Part shown: positions 8,986-18,002 of the stretch, piece after piece
How positions within the stretch are numbered: position 1 is the first letter of the stretch
Layout of the letters: each line of letters starts with the position of its first letter
Source: an uncultured Roseateles sp.
GTDB lineage: Bacteria > Pseudomonadota > Gammaproteobacteria > Burkholderiales > Burkholderiaceae_C
Assembly (NCBI GenBank): GCA_963510335.1
Contig: CAUPEV010000003.1
Location: forward strand, 232 to 64,231
DNA: 64,000 nucleotides
Direction: 5' to 3'
The notes under the pieces: model-generated
Told to the model about the DNA's origin: nothing
Database searches by the model: none
Seen by the model: the letters and a program-made list of their open reading frames with translations, nothing else
Position numbers and translations under genes: made by a program

Positions 8986-10286
8986 CAGTCGCCTTCGACC
9001 CACTCGATGCGCGCACCGAGGCTGCAGATATTCTCGACAAAGCGCGGGTGGGCACGGCGAATCGGCGTGGCATTGCGAATCACCGAACGACCGGGGATGC
9101 TGGCCGCCACCATCAGCAGCGCGATCGCCACGCGGATGATGTAAGGGCTCTCGACCTCGGCCGCATGCAGCGGCTTGCCGCCGAAAGTAACCATGCGGTG
9201 CGGGTCGGACAAAAAGGCATGGCCACCGAACTTGCTCAGCTCCGAGGTCCAGCCCATCGCGCCGTCATAGATCTTGTTCCAGAACATCACGCTGCCTTCG
9301 GCGCGCACGCCCAGGGCGACAAAGATGGGCAGCAGATCGACCGGCAGATAAGGCCATGGCGCGGCCTCGACCTTTTGCAGGATGTTGCGGGTAAAGGGTT
9401 CTTTGACCTTCAGCGGGCCATGCGTGACCGAACGCGACCAGCCGTTCTCATGAATGATCTCGACGCCGAACTTGGCAAAAGTGCGGTCGATCAGCGGGAA
9501 CTGCTCGGGTACCGAGTTACGTACCTCCACCTTACCGCCGGTGATGGCGCCGAGCGCCAAAAAGGTGACGATTTCGTGGAAGTCTTCGGCGAAAGTGAAC
9601 TCTCCGCCGCCCAGGCGCTCAACGCCGTGAATCGTCAGCTTGGAGGTACCTTGGCCTTCAATCTTTGCGCCCAGCATCTGCAAAAAGGCGCAGAACTCCT
9701 GCACATGCGGCTCGGAGGCGGCATTCATCAGCGTCGAGCGGCCATTCGCCAGCGCCGCACAAAGCACGAAGTTCTCGGTCGTGGTGACCGAGGCGTAATC
9801 GGTCCAGTGGTCATTGGCCCGCAATTGGCCGTCGACCTTCAACACCAAGCCGTCGCTGTGGCGCTCGACCGTGGCGCCGAAGCGCTGGAACACCTCCACA
9901 TGCGGGTCAATCTCGCGCACGCCCAGCGTGCAGCCGGTCACATCATCCTCGATGCGGGCCGCGCCGAAGCGCGCCATCAGGCCCGGCACCAGCATGATGC
10001 TGGAGCGCATTTCCTCGGGCAGCCTGTCCTGGGCGGCGTCAAAGTGAGTGCTGCGGTGGTGTACATCCAGCACGCCTGTCGTGTAGTCGATCTCGACCGA
10101 GCTGCCCAGGCTGCGGAAGACCTCAAGGATCTTCTTCACGTCGGTGATCTCGGTGACACCGCGCAGCCGCACTGGCTCGGCCGTCAACAAGGTGGCGCAC
10201 AAAATCGGCAGAACGGCGTTTTTGTTGGCGGACGGGATGATGCGGCCCGCCAAGGGCGTACCACCGTGAATAATCAGATTCGACAT
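8985..10286 (-). CDS. murA: UDP-N-acetylglucosamine 1-carboxyvinyltransferase, divergent paralog-type
   Basis: NKNAVLP, MRSS, GCTLGVREIDPH (catalytic Cys), SVTTTEN, ASEPHV, PWPYLPVD. Confidence 0.88.
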   Translation of the reverse strand: MSNLIIHGGTPLAGRIIPSANKNAVLPILCATLLTAEPVRLRGVTEITDVKKILEVFRSLGSSVEIDYTTGVLDVHHRSTHFDAAQDRLPEEMRSSIMLVPGLMARFGAARIEDDVTGCTLGVREIDPHVEVFQRFGATVERHSDGLVLKVDGQLRANDHWTDYASVTTTENFVLCAALANGRSTLMNAASEPHVQEFCAFLQMLGAKIEGQGTSKLTIHGVERLGGGEFTFAEDFHEIVTFLALGAITGGKVEVRNSVPEQFPLIDRTFAKFGVEIIHENGWSRSVTHGPLKVKEPFTRNILQKVEAAPWPYLPVDLLPIFVALGVRAEGSVMFWNKIYDGAMGWTSELSKFGGHAFLSDPHRMVTFGGKPLHAAEVESPYIIRVAIALLMVAASIPGRSVIRNATPIRRAHPRFVENICSLGARIEWVEGD

Positions 10287-10476
10287 GGGCTGAAGCGCAG
10301 AGATTCAGGTACGCAGCAATGACGCGGCAGATACGCGGGATGAGAAAGGGCAGGATCGAAGCGCTGATTATCGACGCTGTCGAGGGCTTGGCCCGCAACT
10401 AGGGGAAAAAGCCCTGCGCCGACCGCACCCGAACTGCTACCCTAGGCGACGTTTGCGTTCCACTTCCCCGCCCACC

Positions 10477-11577
10477 ATGAGTACGCTTCGCTGCCTGCTG
10501 ATTTCGCTGAGCCTGCTCAGTTGGCAAGCCGCTCTCCCAGGGGAAGCGGCACCAGCAGCTGCGTCGAGTCAAGAAGCCACGCTGGCCGCTGCAGCCCGCA
10601 AAGAAGGTTTGATCCGCAGCGCCGGCATGCCAGACAGCTGGGCCAATTGGCGCAGCACCTGGGCGGACTTGCAAAGGCTGCACGGCATTGCGCATGTCGA
10701 CGAGAACATGAACAGCGCGCAGATCGTCGATCGCATGGCCGTCGAAGGCGCGCAGGCCAGCCTGGACATCGGTGATGTGGGCTTCGAGTGGGGTGCCATT
10801 GCGCGCGGGCGCGGCGTCAGCCGGCCGCACAAGCCGGCCACTTGGGCGCAGATTCCCACCTGGGCCAAAGACGAGGACGGCTACTGGGCCTTGGCTTACA
10901 CCGGCACGATCGCCTTCTTGGTCAACACCCGCCGCACCGGGGGGCGTGTTCCGGGCAGTTGGAAGGACTTGTTCGCAGGTGGCTATCGGGTCGGTATTGG
11001 CGAGGTTGGCTCCTCGGCCCAGTCCAGCGCCAGCGTCTTGGCGGCCGCGATTGCGCTGGGCGGTGACGAAAGCAATCTGCAGCCGGCCTTGCTGCAATTC
11101 GCGCATTTGGCCAAACAAGGGCGACTCGTTTCCTTGAATCCGGGGCCGGCCAGGCCGGAGCAGGCCAGCGTCGATGTGTTCCTGATGTGGGATTTTTTAG
11201 CCTTGTCGAATCGAAGCAAACTGCCCAAACCATCCGACTACCAAGTCTTGATCCCGTCCGACGGCTCGGTCACCAGCGGCTACACCACCCTCATCAACCG
11301 CCATGCACCGCACCCGAATGCGGCGGAGTTGGCGCGTGAGTACATCTTCAGCGACGCCGGCCAGCTCAATCTGGCGCAGGGCTTCGCGCGGCCGATTCGG
11401 ATTGATCATCTGCAATTGCCCGAGGCCCTGCGGCAGCGGCTTTTGGACGCCGCCCAATACAAGAACGCTCGCGTGATCAAGCCCTTTGTCTGGGCCTGGG
11501 AGGTCAAGAAACTGCCCCAGGCGTGGCAGCGCGAGGTGCTACCACGCGCTGCAGCTGCAACAGTGGCAGCTCCTTGA
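10477..11577 (+). CDS. ABC transporter substrate-binding protein (PotD/AfuA-like family)
   Basis: Signal peptide; GMPDSWANW, DIGDVG, PSDGSVTSGY and APHPNAA motifs. Confidence 0.78.
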   Translation: MSTLRCLLISLSLLSWQAALPGEAAPAAASSQEATLAAAARKEGLIRSAGMPDSWANWRSTWADLQRLHGIAHVDENMNSAQIVDRMAVEGAQASLDIGDVGFEWGAIARGRGVSRPHKPATWAQIPTWAKDEDGYWALAYTGTIAFLVNTRRTGGRVPGSWKDLFAGGYRVGIGEVGSSAQSSASVLAAAIALGGDESNLQPALLQFAHLAKQGRLVSLNPGPARPEQASVDVFLMWDFLALSNRSKLPKPSDYQVLIPSDGSVTSGYTTLINRHAPHPNAAELAREYIFSDAGQLNLAQGFARPIRIDHLQLPEALRQRLLDAAQYKNARVIKPFVWAWEVKKLPQAWQREVLPRAAAATVAAP

Positions 11578-11620
11578 GCAAGCTACTATCTGCGCCTGTC
11601 TTTTCCCTGCCTTTGTCTCC

Positions 11621-12391
11621 ATGCTGAAAGCCTTGTTTGGCGCTCTTTTGCTGACCCTACTCGGTGGGGTGGCCGCACAGGCAGAACCGCCCACCATTGC
11701 CGCCGCCTCGGATCTGAAGTTCGCGCTTGACGAAGCGGCCGGCGCGTTCAAGCAGCAGACCGGCCACGCGCTGCGCCTGAGCTACGGCTCTTCGGGCAAC
11801 TTCTACCGCCAAATCGTGCAAGGCGCGCCGTTCCAGCTGTTTTTGTCGGCCGATGAGAGCTTTGTGTTCCAGCTCGCCGAGCAAGACCTGACCCCCGACC
11901 GGGGCCAGGTCTACGGCAGGGGCCGGCTGGTCTTGTTTGCGCCAAGCGGCTCAAGCCTGAAGCCGGACCCCGCACTCAAGGACTTGCGACTGGCCCTGAA
12001 CGACGGCCGTCTGCGCAAGTTCGCCATCGCCAACCCCGAACACGCACCCTATGGCCGGGCCGCCAAGCAGGCCTTGCAGAGCGCCGGTGTGTGGGCGGCC
12101 ATCAGCCCTAAGCTGGTGCTGGGCGAGAACGTCTCGCAGGCGGCGCAGTTCGCCGTTTCGGGCTCGACCGAGGGCGGCATCTTTGCCTATTCACTGGCCT
12201 TGGCACCCCAGTTTGCAAGAGCCGGCACCTTTGTCTTGCTGCCGGAGTCCCTGCATAGCCCCTTGCTTCAGCGCATGGTCTTGACCAACAAGGCCGGGCC
12301 GGTGGCACGCGAGTTCTATGCCTTTTTGCAAACGCCGACAGCACGGTCTATTTTCGAGCGCTACGGTTTCGAGCCGCCGGGCGGGTCTTGA
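11621..12391 (+). CDS. modA: Molybdate ABC transporter substrate-binding protein
   Basis: AAASDL, YGSSG, ANPEHAPYGRAA, GENVSQA; upstream of modB and modC. Confidence 0.92.
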   Translation: MLKALFGALLLTLLGGVAAQAEPPTIAAASDLKFALDEAAGAFKQQTGHALRLSYGSSGNFYRQIVQGAPFQLFLSADESFVFQLAEQDLTPDRGQVYGRGRLVLFAPSGSSLKPDPALKDLRLALNDGRLRKFAIANPEHAPYGRAAKQALQSAGVWAAISPKLVLGENVSQAAQFAVSGSTEGGIFAYSLALAPQFARAGTFVLLPESLHSPLLQRMVLTNKAGPVAREFYAFLQTPTARSIFERYGFEPPGGS

Positions 12392-13060
12392 ATGGACTGG
12401 ACCGCCCTGCGCCTATCGGCCTTGCTGGCCCTGGCCACCGCCTTGATCTTGCTGCCGCTGGGCGTTTTCGCCGGCCGCTGGCTGGCGCGCAGCCGACATC
12501 CGCTGCGGCCGGTGCTGGAGGCCGCGCTGGCGCTGCCGCTGGTGCTGCCGCCGACCGTCTTGGGTTTCTATTTGCTGATCTGGATGGGCGGCGGCTCGGC
12601 CTTGGGCGGCTGGTACCAAGCTTTAAGCGGGCGCACGCTGGCCTTCTCGTTCGAGGGCTTGCTGCTGGCCAGCCTGATTTTCAACATCCCATTCGCGGTG
12701 ATGCCGATGCAGCGCGCTTTCGAGGCGATACCGGGCGAGCTTTTCGACGCGGCCCGCAGCTGCGGCCTGTCGCCTTGGCGCACGCTGCTGCTGATCGAGC
12801 TGCCGCTGGCTTGGCGCGGCATCTTGAGCGGCCTGATCATGACGGCCGCGCACACGCTGGGCGAGTTCGGCGTGGTGCTGATGGTGGGCGGCAATATCGT
12901 CGGCCAAACGCAGACAATCTCGATCGCCATCTATGACCGCGTGCAGTCCTTTGATATGCAGGCGGCGGGCGCGATGTCGGCGACGCTGCTGGCGGTGTCC
13001 ATGCTGACGCTGCTCGCCAGCAGCTGGCTGAGTCGGCCCAAGCAAGTCCGGGGAGGCTAG
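12392..13060 (+). CDS. modB: Molybdate ABC transporter permease
   Basis: LPLVLPPTVLGFYLL, HTLGEFGVVLMVGGNI. Confidence 0.92.
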   Translation: MDWTALRLSALLALATALILLPLGVFAGRWLARSRHPLRPVLEAALALPLVLPPTVLGFYLLIWMGGGSALGGWYQALSGRTLAFSFEGLLLASLIFNIPFAVMPMQRAFEAIPGELFDAARSCGLSPWRTLLLIELPLAWRGILSGLIMTAAHTLGEFGVVLMVGGNIVGQTQTISIAIYDRVQSFDMQAAGAMSATLLAVSMLTLLASSWLSRPKQVRGG

Positions 13061-13065
13061 AGGCG

Positions 13066-14160
13066 ATGCTGCAAGCGAGTTTGCATCAGGCCGGGCCGAT
13101 TCCGTTGGCGCTGGACCTGCGCTGCGCAAATGGCGAGTTACTCGCACTGGTCGGGCCCTCGGGCAGCGGCAAGACCAGCGTGTTGCGTGCATTGGCCGGC
13201 CTGTTGACGGTCAGCAGCGGCCGCATCAGCTTGGGCGCAGAGTTGTGGTTTGACAGCGCGCGCGGCCTCGAAGTACCGGCCGAGCGACGCGGCGTGGGCA
13301 TGGTGTTTCAGCATTACGCCTTGTTCCCACACTTGAGCGCCTTGGACAACGTCAGCTTGGCCATTCCCGCCGGCAGCAAGCAAGCACGCCGCGAGCAAGC
13401 GCTGCAACTGCTGGCCGATATGCAGCTGGCTGGCCTGGCCGCACGCCGCCCCGACCAGCTCTCCGGCGGCCAGCGCCAGCGCGTCGCCTTGGCGCGGGCA
13501 CTAGCACGCAGTCCCAAGCTACTGCTGCTGGACGAAGCGTTTTCTGCGGTGGACCAACCGACCCGCTATGCCTTGTGGGAGGAGCTGGTCAAGCTGCGCG
13601 AGCGCCTGACCTTGCCCATCATCATGGTCACGCATGATCTGCGCGAAGCCCGCATGCTGGCCGACCGCCTGTGCATTCTGGAAGGCGGCGAGGCACTACA
13701 AGACGGCCCGCCCGAGCAAGTGCTGGCGCGGCCGCGCAATGCGCGGGTGGCGGCGCTGGTGGGCCTGCGCGACATCCATCGCGGCATCTTTCGCAAGACC
13801 AGCGACGGGGCGCTTTTGCAATGGGGCGAGGATGAAGCAGCGCCACAACTGCAAGTTGTTGACAAAGGTCGCATCGAAGACGGCACGCCGGTGCGTTGGG
13901 TCATCAGCGGTGAATACATTCAGTGCCATGCGCAAGTGACTGGCGCCAGTGCGCCCAATCTGGTGCCCGCTGAATTGCTTGAAATGCGCAGCTTGGGCGA
14001 GACCTCGACGCTGACACTGAGCGTTCTGGGCGGGGCCGGCGCCCAAGTCCATCTGGACATAGGCACTCGGCAACTCAGGCAGTCGGGCTGGCATGAGGGG
14101 CAGGTTCTAGAGCTGGAGCTGGACCCGGCCGGCATACATGTCATGCCGGTCCGCAGCTGA
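13066..14160 (+). CDS. modC: Molybdate ABC transporter ATP-binding protein
   Basis: GPSGSGKT, LSGGQRQRV, LLLDE; C-terminal TOBE-like region; position in the mod operon. Confidence 0.85.
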   Translation: MLQASLHQAGPIPLALDLRCANGELLALVGPSGSGKTSVLRALAGLLTVSSGRISLGAELWFDSARGLEVPAERRGVGMVFQHYALFPHLSALDNVSLAIPAGSKQARREQALQLLADMQLAGLAARRPDQLSGGQRQRVALARALARSPKLLLLDEAFSAVDQPTRYALWEELVKLRERLTLPIIMVTHDLREARMLADRLCILEGGEALQDGPPEQVLARPRNARVAALVGLRDIHRGIFRKTSDGALLQWGEDEAAPQLQVVDKGRIEDGTPVRWVISGEYIQCHAQVTGASAPNLVPAELLEMRSLGETSTLTLSVLGGAGAQVHLDIGTRQLRQSGWHEGQVLELELDPAGIHVMPVRS

Positions 14161-14188
14161 AGCAAATCAGCCTGAATGCCGGAATTAA

Positions 14189-14210
14189 TCCATAGTTCGA
14201 ATATAATGGA
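14189..14210 (+). promoter_or_regulatory. Candidate ArsR operator overlapping the -10 box
   Basis: Inverted repeat TCCAT-N12-ATGGA containing TATAAT (14202-14207), immediately before arsR. Confidence 0.55.
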
Positions 14211-14213
14211 AAT

Positions 14214-14540
14214 ATGGAGGAACATCAAATCGTCAAGGCCTTGGCCGCGCTGGCGCAGGTGGCGCGGCTGCAGCTATTCCGCACGCTGGTTGTCGCGGGG
14301 CCGCTGGGCCTGACACCGAGTGCTTTGGCGCAGACGCTGGATGTGCCGGCATCGACGCTGTCTTTTCATCTGAAAGAGCTGCTCAATGCCGGCCTGATCA
14401 GCCAGGAGCGCGAGGGCCGCAACCTGATCTACCGCGCCGCTTTCGCACAGATGAACGAGCTGCTCGCCTATTTGACGGCCAATTGCTGCCAGGGCGAGGC
14501 CTGCCTGACCGTCGCCACACCGGCTTGCACCAGCTGCTGA
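14214..14540 (+). CDS. arsR: ArsR-family arsenic repressor (C-terminal Cys type)
   Basis: ArsR HTH (STLSFHLKEL, REGR) and C-terminal NCCQGEAC...C..C. Confidence 0.9.
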   Translation: MEEHQIVKALAALAQVARLQLFRTLVVAGPLGLTPSALAQTLDVPASTLSFHLKELLNAGLISQEREGRNLIYRAAFAQMNELLAYLTANCCQGEACLTVATPACTSC

Positions 14541-14580
14541 GCCCTTTCCTCTTCAACTCGACTCTAGCGACCCATCTCCC

Positions 14581-15084
14581 ATGACCACCCATGTCTTGAT
14601 TCTTTGCACCCACAACTCGGCGCGCAGCGTCCTGTCCGAGGGCATGTTGAACCATCTCGCCGCCCGATTGGGCAAAGATGTGCGCGCCCACAGCGCCGGC
14701 AGCGCGCCGAGTGGCCGGCTCAACCCCTTTGCGCTGGAGGCTTTGACGAACGCTGGCGTCGATGTGGCCGGCTATCGCAGCAAGAGCTGGGATGAGTTCA
14801 CCTCGAATGGCGCCCCGCCGCTGGCCATCGTCATCACCGTCTGCGATAGTGCCGCGGCCGAGAGCTGCCCGGTGTTTTTCGGAGGCCAGAGCCAGCCGGT
14901 CAAGGTGCACTGGGGCTACCCCGACCCCAGCAATGCGGAAGGCGGCGATGCCGGCAAGCAGCGCGCCTTCGAGCTAACGCGCCAAGCGATTGGCTACCGG
15001 ATGCTGCAGCTGCTGGCCTTGCCTCTTGAAACCATGAGCGCGGCCGAGCTGCGTCTGGCCCTGGGGGAGATCGGCAAGTCATGA
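14581..15084 (+). CDS. arsC: Arsenate reductase, LMW-PTP/thioredoxin type
   Basis: CTHNSARS P-loop, SAGS, SKSWDEF, TVCDSAAAESCP, HWGYPDP. Confidence 0.88.
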   Translation: MTTHVLILCTHNSARSVLSEGMLNHLAARLGKDVRAHSAGSAPSGRLNPFALEALTNAGVDVAGYRSKSWDEFTSNGAPPLAIVITVCDSAAAESCPVFFGGQSQPVKVHWGYPDPSNAEGGDAGKQRAFELTRQAIGYRMLQLLALPLETMSAAELRLALGEIGKS

Positions 15085-15740
15085 GCCTGTCGGTGAGTTT
15101 GCGGCAGCGCCTGCTGGCCGAGGTCCTGGGCACGGCCTTGTTGCTGGCCATCGTGATCGGTTCCGGCATCATGGCCGAGCGCCTGAGCGGCGGCAATGTG
15201 GCCGTCGCGCTGCTCGCCAACACGCTCGCCACGGTTTGGGGTCTGTATGTCTTGATCGAGGTCTTCGGCCCCGTCAGCGGCGCGCATTTCAACCCGGCCG
15301 TCAGCCTGGTGATGGCGGCGCGCGGCGAGTTGGCACCGCGCTTGGCCCTGCCTTATATCGGCGCGCAGCTGCTGGGCGCGCTGCTGGGTGCTTGGGCTGC
15401 TAACGCGATGTTCGAACTGCCCCTGCTGCAAACATCGATGAAGCTGCGCGGTGGCCATGGCCAGTGGCTGGCCGAGGGCGTGGCAACGGCCGGTCTGCTG
15501 CTGGTGATTCTGCGCGCACCGGCAGGCCGGGCCAGCAGCCTGGTGGCCGGCTTTATCGGCGCGGCCTATTGGTTCACCGCCTCAACCTCGTTTGCCAATC
15601 CGGCGGCTGTGTTTGGCCGCATGTTCAGCGACTCCTTTGCCGGCATCGCGCCCGCCAGCGCGGTGGGCTTTGTGATCGCGCAGTTGGTGGGCGCGGCGGC
15701 CGGCTGGGGCTTGCACCGCCTCTTGGGACAAACGAAATGA
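15081..15740 (+). CDS. MIP-family aquaglyceroporin (AqpS-like arsenite channel)
   Basis: SGAHFNPAV and ASTSFANPA; located inside the ars operon. Confidence 0.85.
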   Translation: MSLSVSLRQRLLAEVLGTALLLAIVIGSGIMAERLSGGNVAVALLANTLATVWGLYVLIEVFGPVSGAHFNPAVSLVMAARGELAPRLALPYIGAQLLGALLGAWAANAMFELPLLQTSMKLRGGHGQWLAEGVATAGLLLVILRAPAGRASSLVAGFIGAAYWFTASTSFANPAAVFGRMFSDSFAGIAPASAVGFVIAQLVGAAAGWGLHRLLGQTK

Positions 15741-16450
15741 ATCATCTTCCAAACTTAGACGCCGAGCTGTTCAAAAAGCCCGCAGCCGCTGACTTTGCCG
15801 CCATCGGCAGCCGCATCAACCATCCGCCTCGCGTGCTCTTGCTCTACGGCTCGCTGCGCGAGCGCAGCTATAGCAAGCTGTGCAGCCTGGAGGCCGAGCG
15901 GCTCTTGCAAGCGCTGGGCGCCGAGACGCGCGTCTTCAACCCGACCGGCCTGCCCTTGGTGGACGACGCGCCGGAGAGTCATCCCAAGGTGCAGGAGCTG
16001 CGCGAGCTGGTGCAATGGTCGGAGGCGATGGTCTGGTGCTCGCCCGAGCGGCATGGCGCGATGACCGGCTTGATGAAGACGCAGATTGATTGGATACCGC
16101 TGAGCGTCGGCGCTGTGCGGCCGACCCAGGGCAAGACGCTGGCCGTGATGCAGGTGTCTGGCGGCTCGCAGTCCTTCAATGCCGTCAACCAGATGCGCAT
16201 CCTGGGGCGCTGGATGCGCATGTTGACGATCCCGAATCAAAGCTCGGTGGCCAAAGCCTTTCTGGAGTTCGACGAAGCCGGTCGCATGAAGCCCTCGAGC
16301 TATTACGACCGCATCGTTGACGTGATGGAGGAGCTGATCAAGTTCACCTTGCTGACGCGCGAATCCAGCACCTTTCTGGTCGACCGCTATAGCGAGCGCA
16401 AGGAAAGTGCGGAGCAGCTGAGCCGAAGGGTCAATCAGGCCAGCATTTAG
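15737..16450 (+). CDS. arsH: Arsenical resistance NADPH-FMN oxidoreductase ArsH
   Basis: [35 protein letters not shown]; ATGA overlap at 15737. Confidence 0.93.
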   Translation: MNHLPNLDAELFKKPAAADFAAIGSRINHPPRVLLLYGSLRERSYSKLCSLEAERLLQALGAETRVFNPTGLPLVDDAPESHPKVQELRELVQWSEAMVWCSPERHGAMTGLMKTQIDWIPLSVGAVRPTQGKTLAVMQVSGGSQSFNAVNQMRILGRWMRMLTIPNQSSVAKAFLEFDEAGRMKPSSYYDRIVDVMEELIKFTLLTRESSTFLVDRYSERKESAEQLSRRVNQASI

Positions 16451-16519
16451 GGCTCAGGCGGGATCAACGGCCCGGGCACGGCCAAGCTCGGGCCTGCAGC
16501 CCATCACCTGGCTTGCCGC

Positions 16520-17239
16520 TCATGCCAGCGAGTCTGCCAACTCACGCAGCACCTGGCGCGGGTTCGCTTCGATAGGCGCGCCGTGCGACACCAGGATGCG
16601 GCTGAGCGAATCGATCTCGGCCCATTGCAAGAGTTGTTGACGCAAGGCATTCTTATCCTCGATCACCGACATCTTCACGACCGCGGGAATCTGCGCCGCT
16701 TTGCCGGCAAAGCCCGCCAGATGTAGCAGCCAGCCGCCAAAACCAGCCGCGTCGCGGATATTGCCGACCACGTCATTGAGTACCAGCGTCATGCCATTCG
16801 GCGTGCGCACCAGCAGCGCCGCTTCCCGACGACGCGTTCCGGGCACCGTCACAAACTGCACATTCGCGTCATCGAAACTGGGTGCCACGGTGTCTACCCG
16901 CACCTCTTCCTCGACTTTCTCCCGCGCGCCCTCGGGCGCCACGACCTCGATCTCGGGGTAGCGATCTTTCCAGCTCTTGGCGTCGAGCCGGTGCTTGTCG
17001 CTGGGCACGATCAAATAGGCGGGGCGACCATAGGCTTCGAGTGCAAGCATCTCGTCCGGGTCGAGCGAGATTGCGCTGTACACCACCAGGCTGGCGTCTG
17101 CCAAACGCACCACGGTCATGCGGCGCGGCAAGTCCATCAGCGGCATGTGGATCTCGCCCACCACCGTCAGGATGTTCTCGTCGATCTGCACCAGTTTGCC
17201 GTGGGGCAGCACGGTCCAATGTTGAAATGGGTGGGTCAT
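16520..17239 (-). CDS. DUF4336-like MBL-related protein
   Basis: RRMTVVRL.D.SL.VYS and VPSDKHR pattern. Confidence 0.6.
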   Translation of the reverse strand: MTHPFQHWTVLPHGKLVQIDENILTVVGEIHMPLMDLPRRMTVVRLADASLVVYSAISLDPDEMLALEAYGRPAYLIVPSDKHRLDAKSWKDRYPEIEVVAPEGAREKVEEEVRVDTVAPSFDDANVQFVTVPGTRRREAALLVRTPNGMTLVLNDVVGNIRDAAGFGGWLLHLAGFAGKAAQIPAVVKMSVIEDKNALRQQLLQWAEIDSLSRILVSHGAPIEANPRQVLRELADSLA

Positions 17240-17685
17240 GACGAAGCGCCCGCCTCAAGGGTGGCCAGCAAGCTGATCTCGGCCACGCTTGCCAGCGCCT
17301 TGGAGAGCGGGCAATCGCGCTTGGCGGCCGCGGCAATCTGCTGAAACTGCGCTTCCCCCAGGCCGGGCACTACAGCCTTCAGGCTCAGCACGATGCGGTC
17401 GATCACAAAGCCTTCACCCTGCGCCGACAGCCGCACATGGGCACGGGTGTCGGCGGTAGCGGTGGCAAAGCCGGCCTTCTCGCATGCGAAGGAAAACGCC
17501 ATCGTGAAGCAAGCAGCGTGGGCGGCGCCGAGCAACTCTTCAGGGTTGCTGCCACGTCGGTCATCGCCAAAACGGCTGGCGAAGCCGTAGGGGAAGTCTT
17601 GCAAAGCGCCTGACTCGGTGCTGATCTGGCCCAAACCGGCCTTGCCGGCACCGGTCCAGAGAACGCTGGCGGTTTTTTCGCTCAT
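17236..17685 (-). CDS. osmC: OsmC-family peroxiredoxin
   Basis: GSNPEELLGAAHAACFTMA and AKRDCPLSKAL; GGAG RBS before ATG 17685. Confidence 0.9.
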   Translation of the reverse strand: MSEKTASVLWTGAGKAGLGQISTESGALQDFPYGFASRFGDDRRGSNPEELLGAAHAACFTMAFSFACEKAGFATATADTRAHVRLSAQGEGFVIDRIVLSLKAVVPGLGEAQFQQIAAAAKRDCPLSKALASVAEISLLATLEAGASS

Positions 17686-18002
17686 GGTGATGACTCCTTG
17701 TGGTGATGTAGATCGCCTTGATGCGGCTGGGGCTGCGGCTGCGCCGCCTTGACCTGTGGGCCAGCCAAGCCGAACACCGTTGAGCGTAGGCTCATGCCAT
17801 GACCCTGGCCCTGAGACGGAGCGCTGTTGGCGCGTAGGACAAGGGCGCTGATTGCTTGGCAAGGCCAAGCGCCATGGGTCAAATGGACTATCAAGGACCA
17901 GGGGCGCCGTGAAATTTGTCACGCTCAAGCGATAGCCTCCACTGCGCTCATAGGCTCACCAGCCTTCCATCCACCAGTTCCTTCTTTCAAGCCCCAAACA
18001 CC

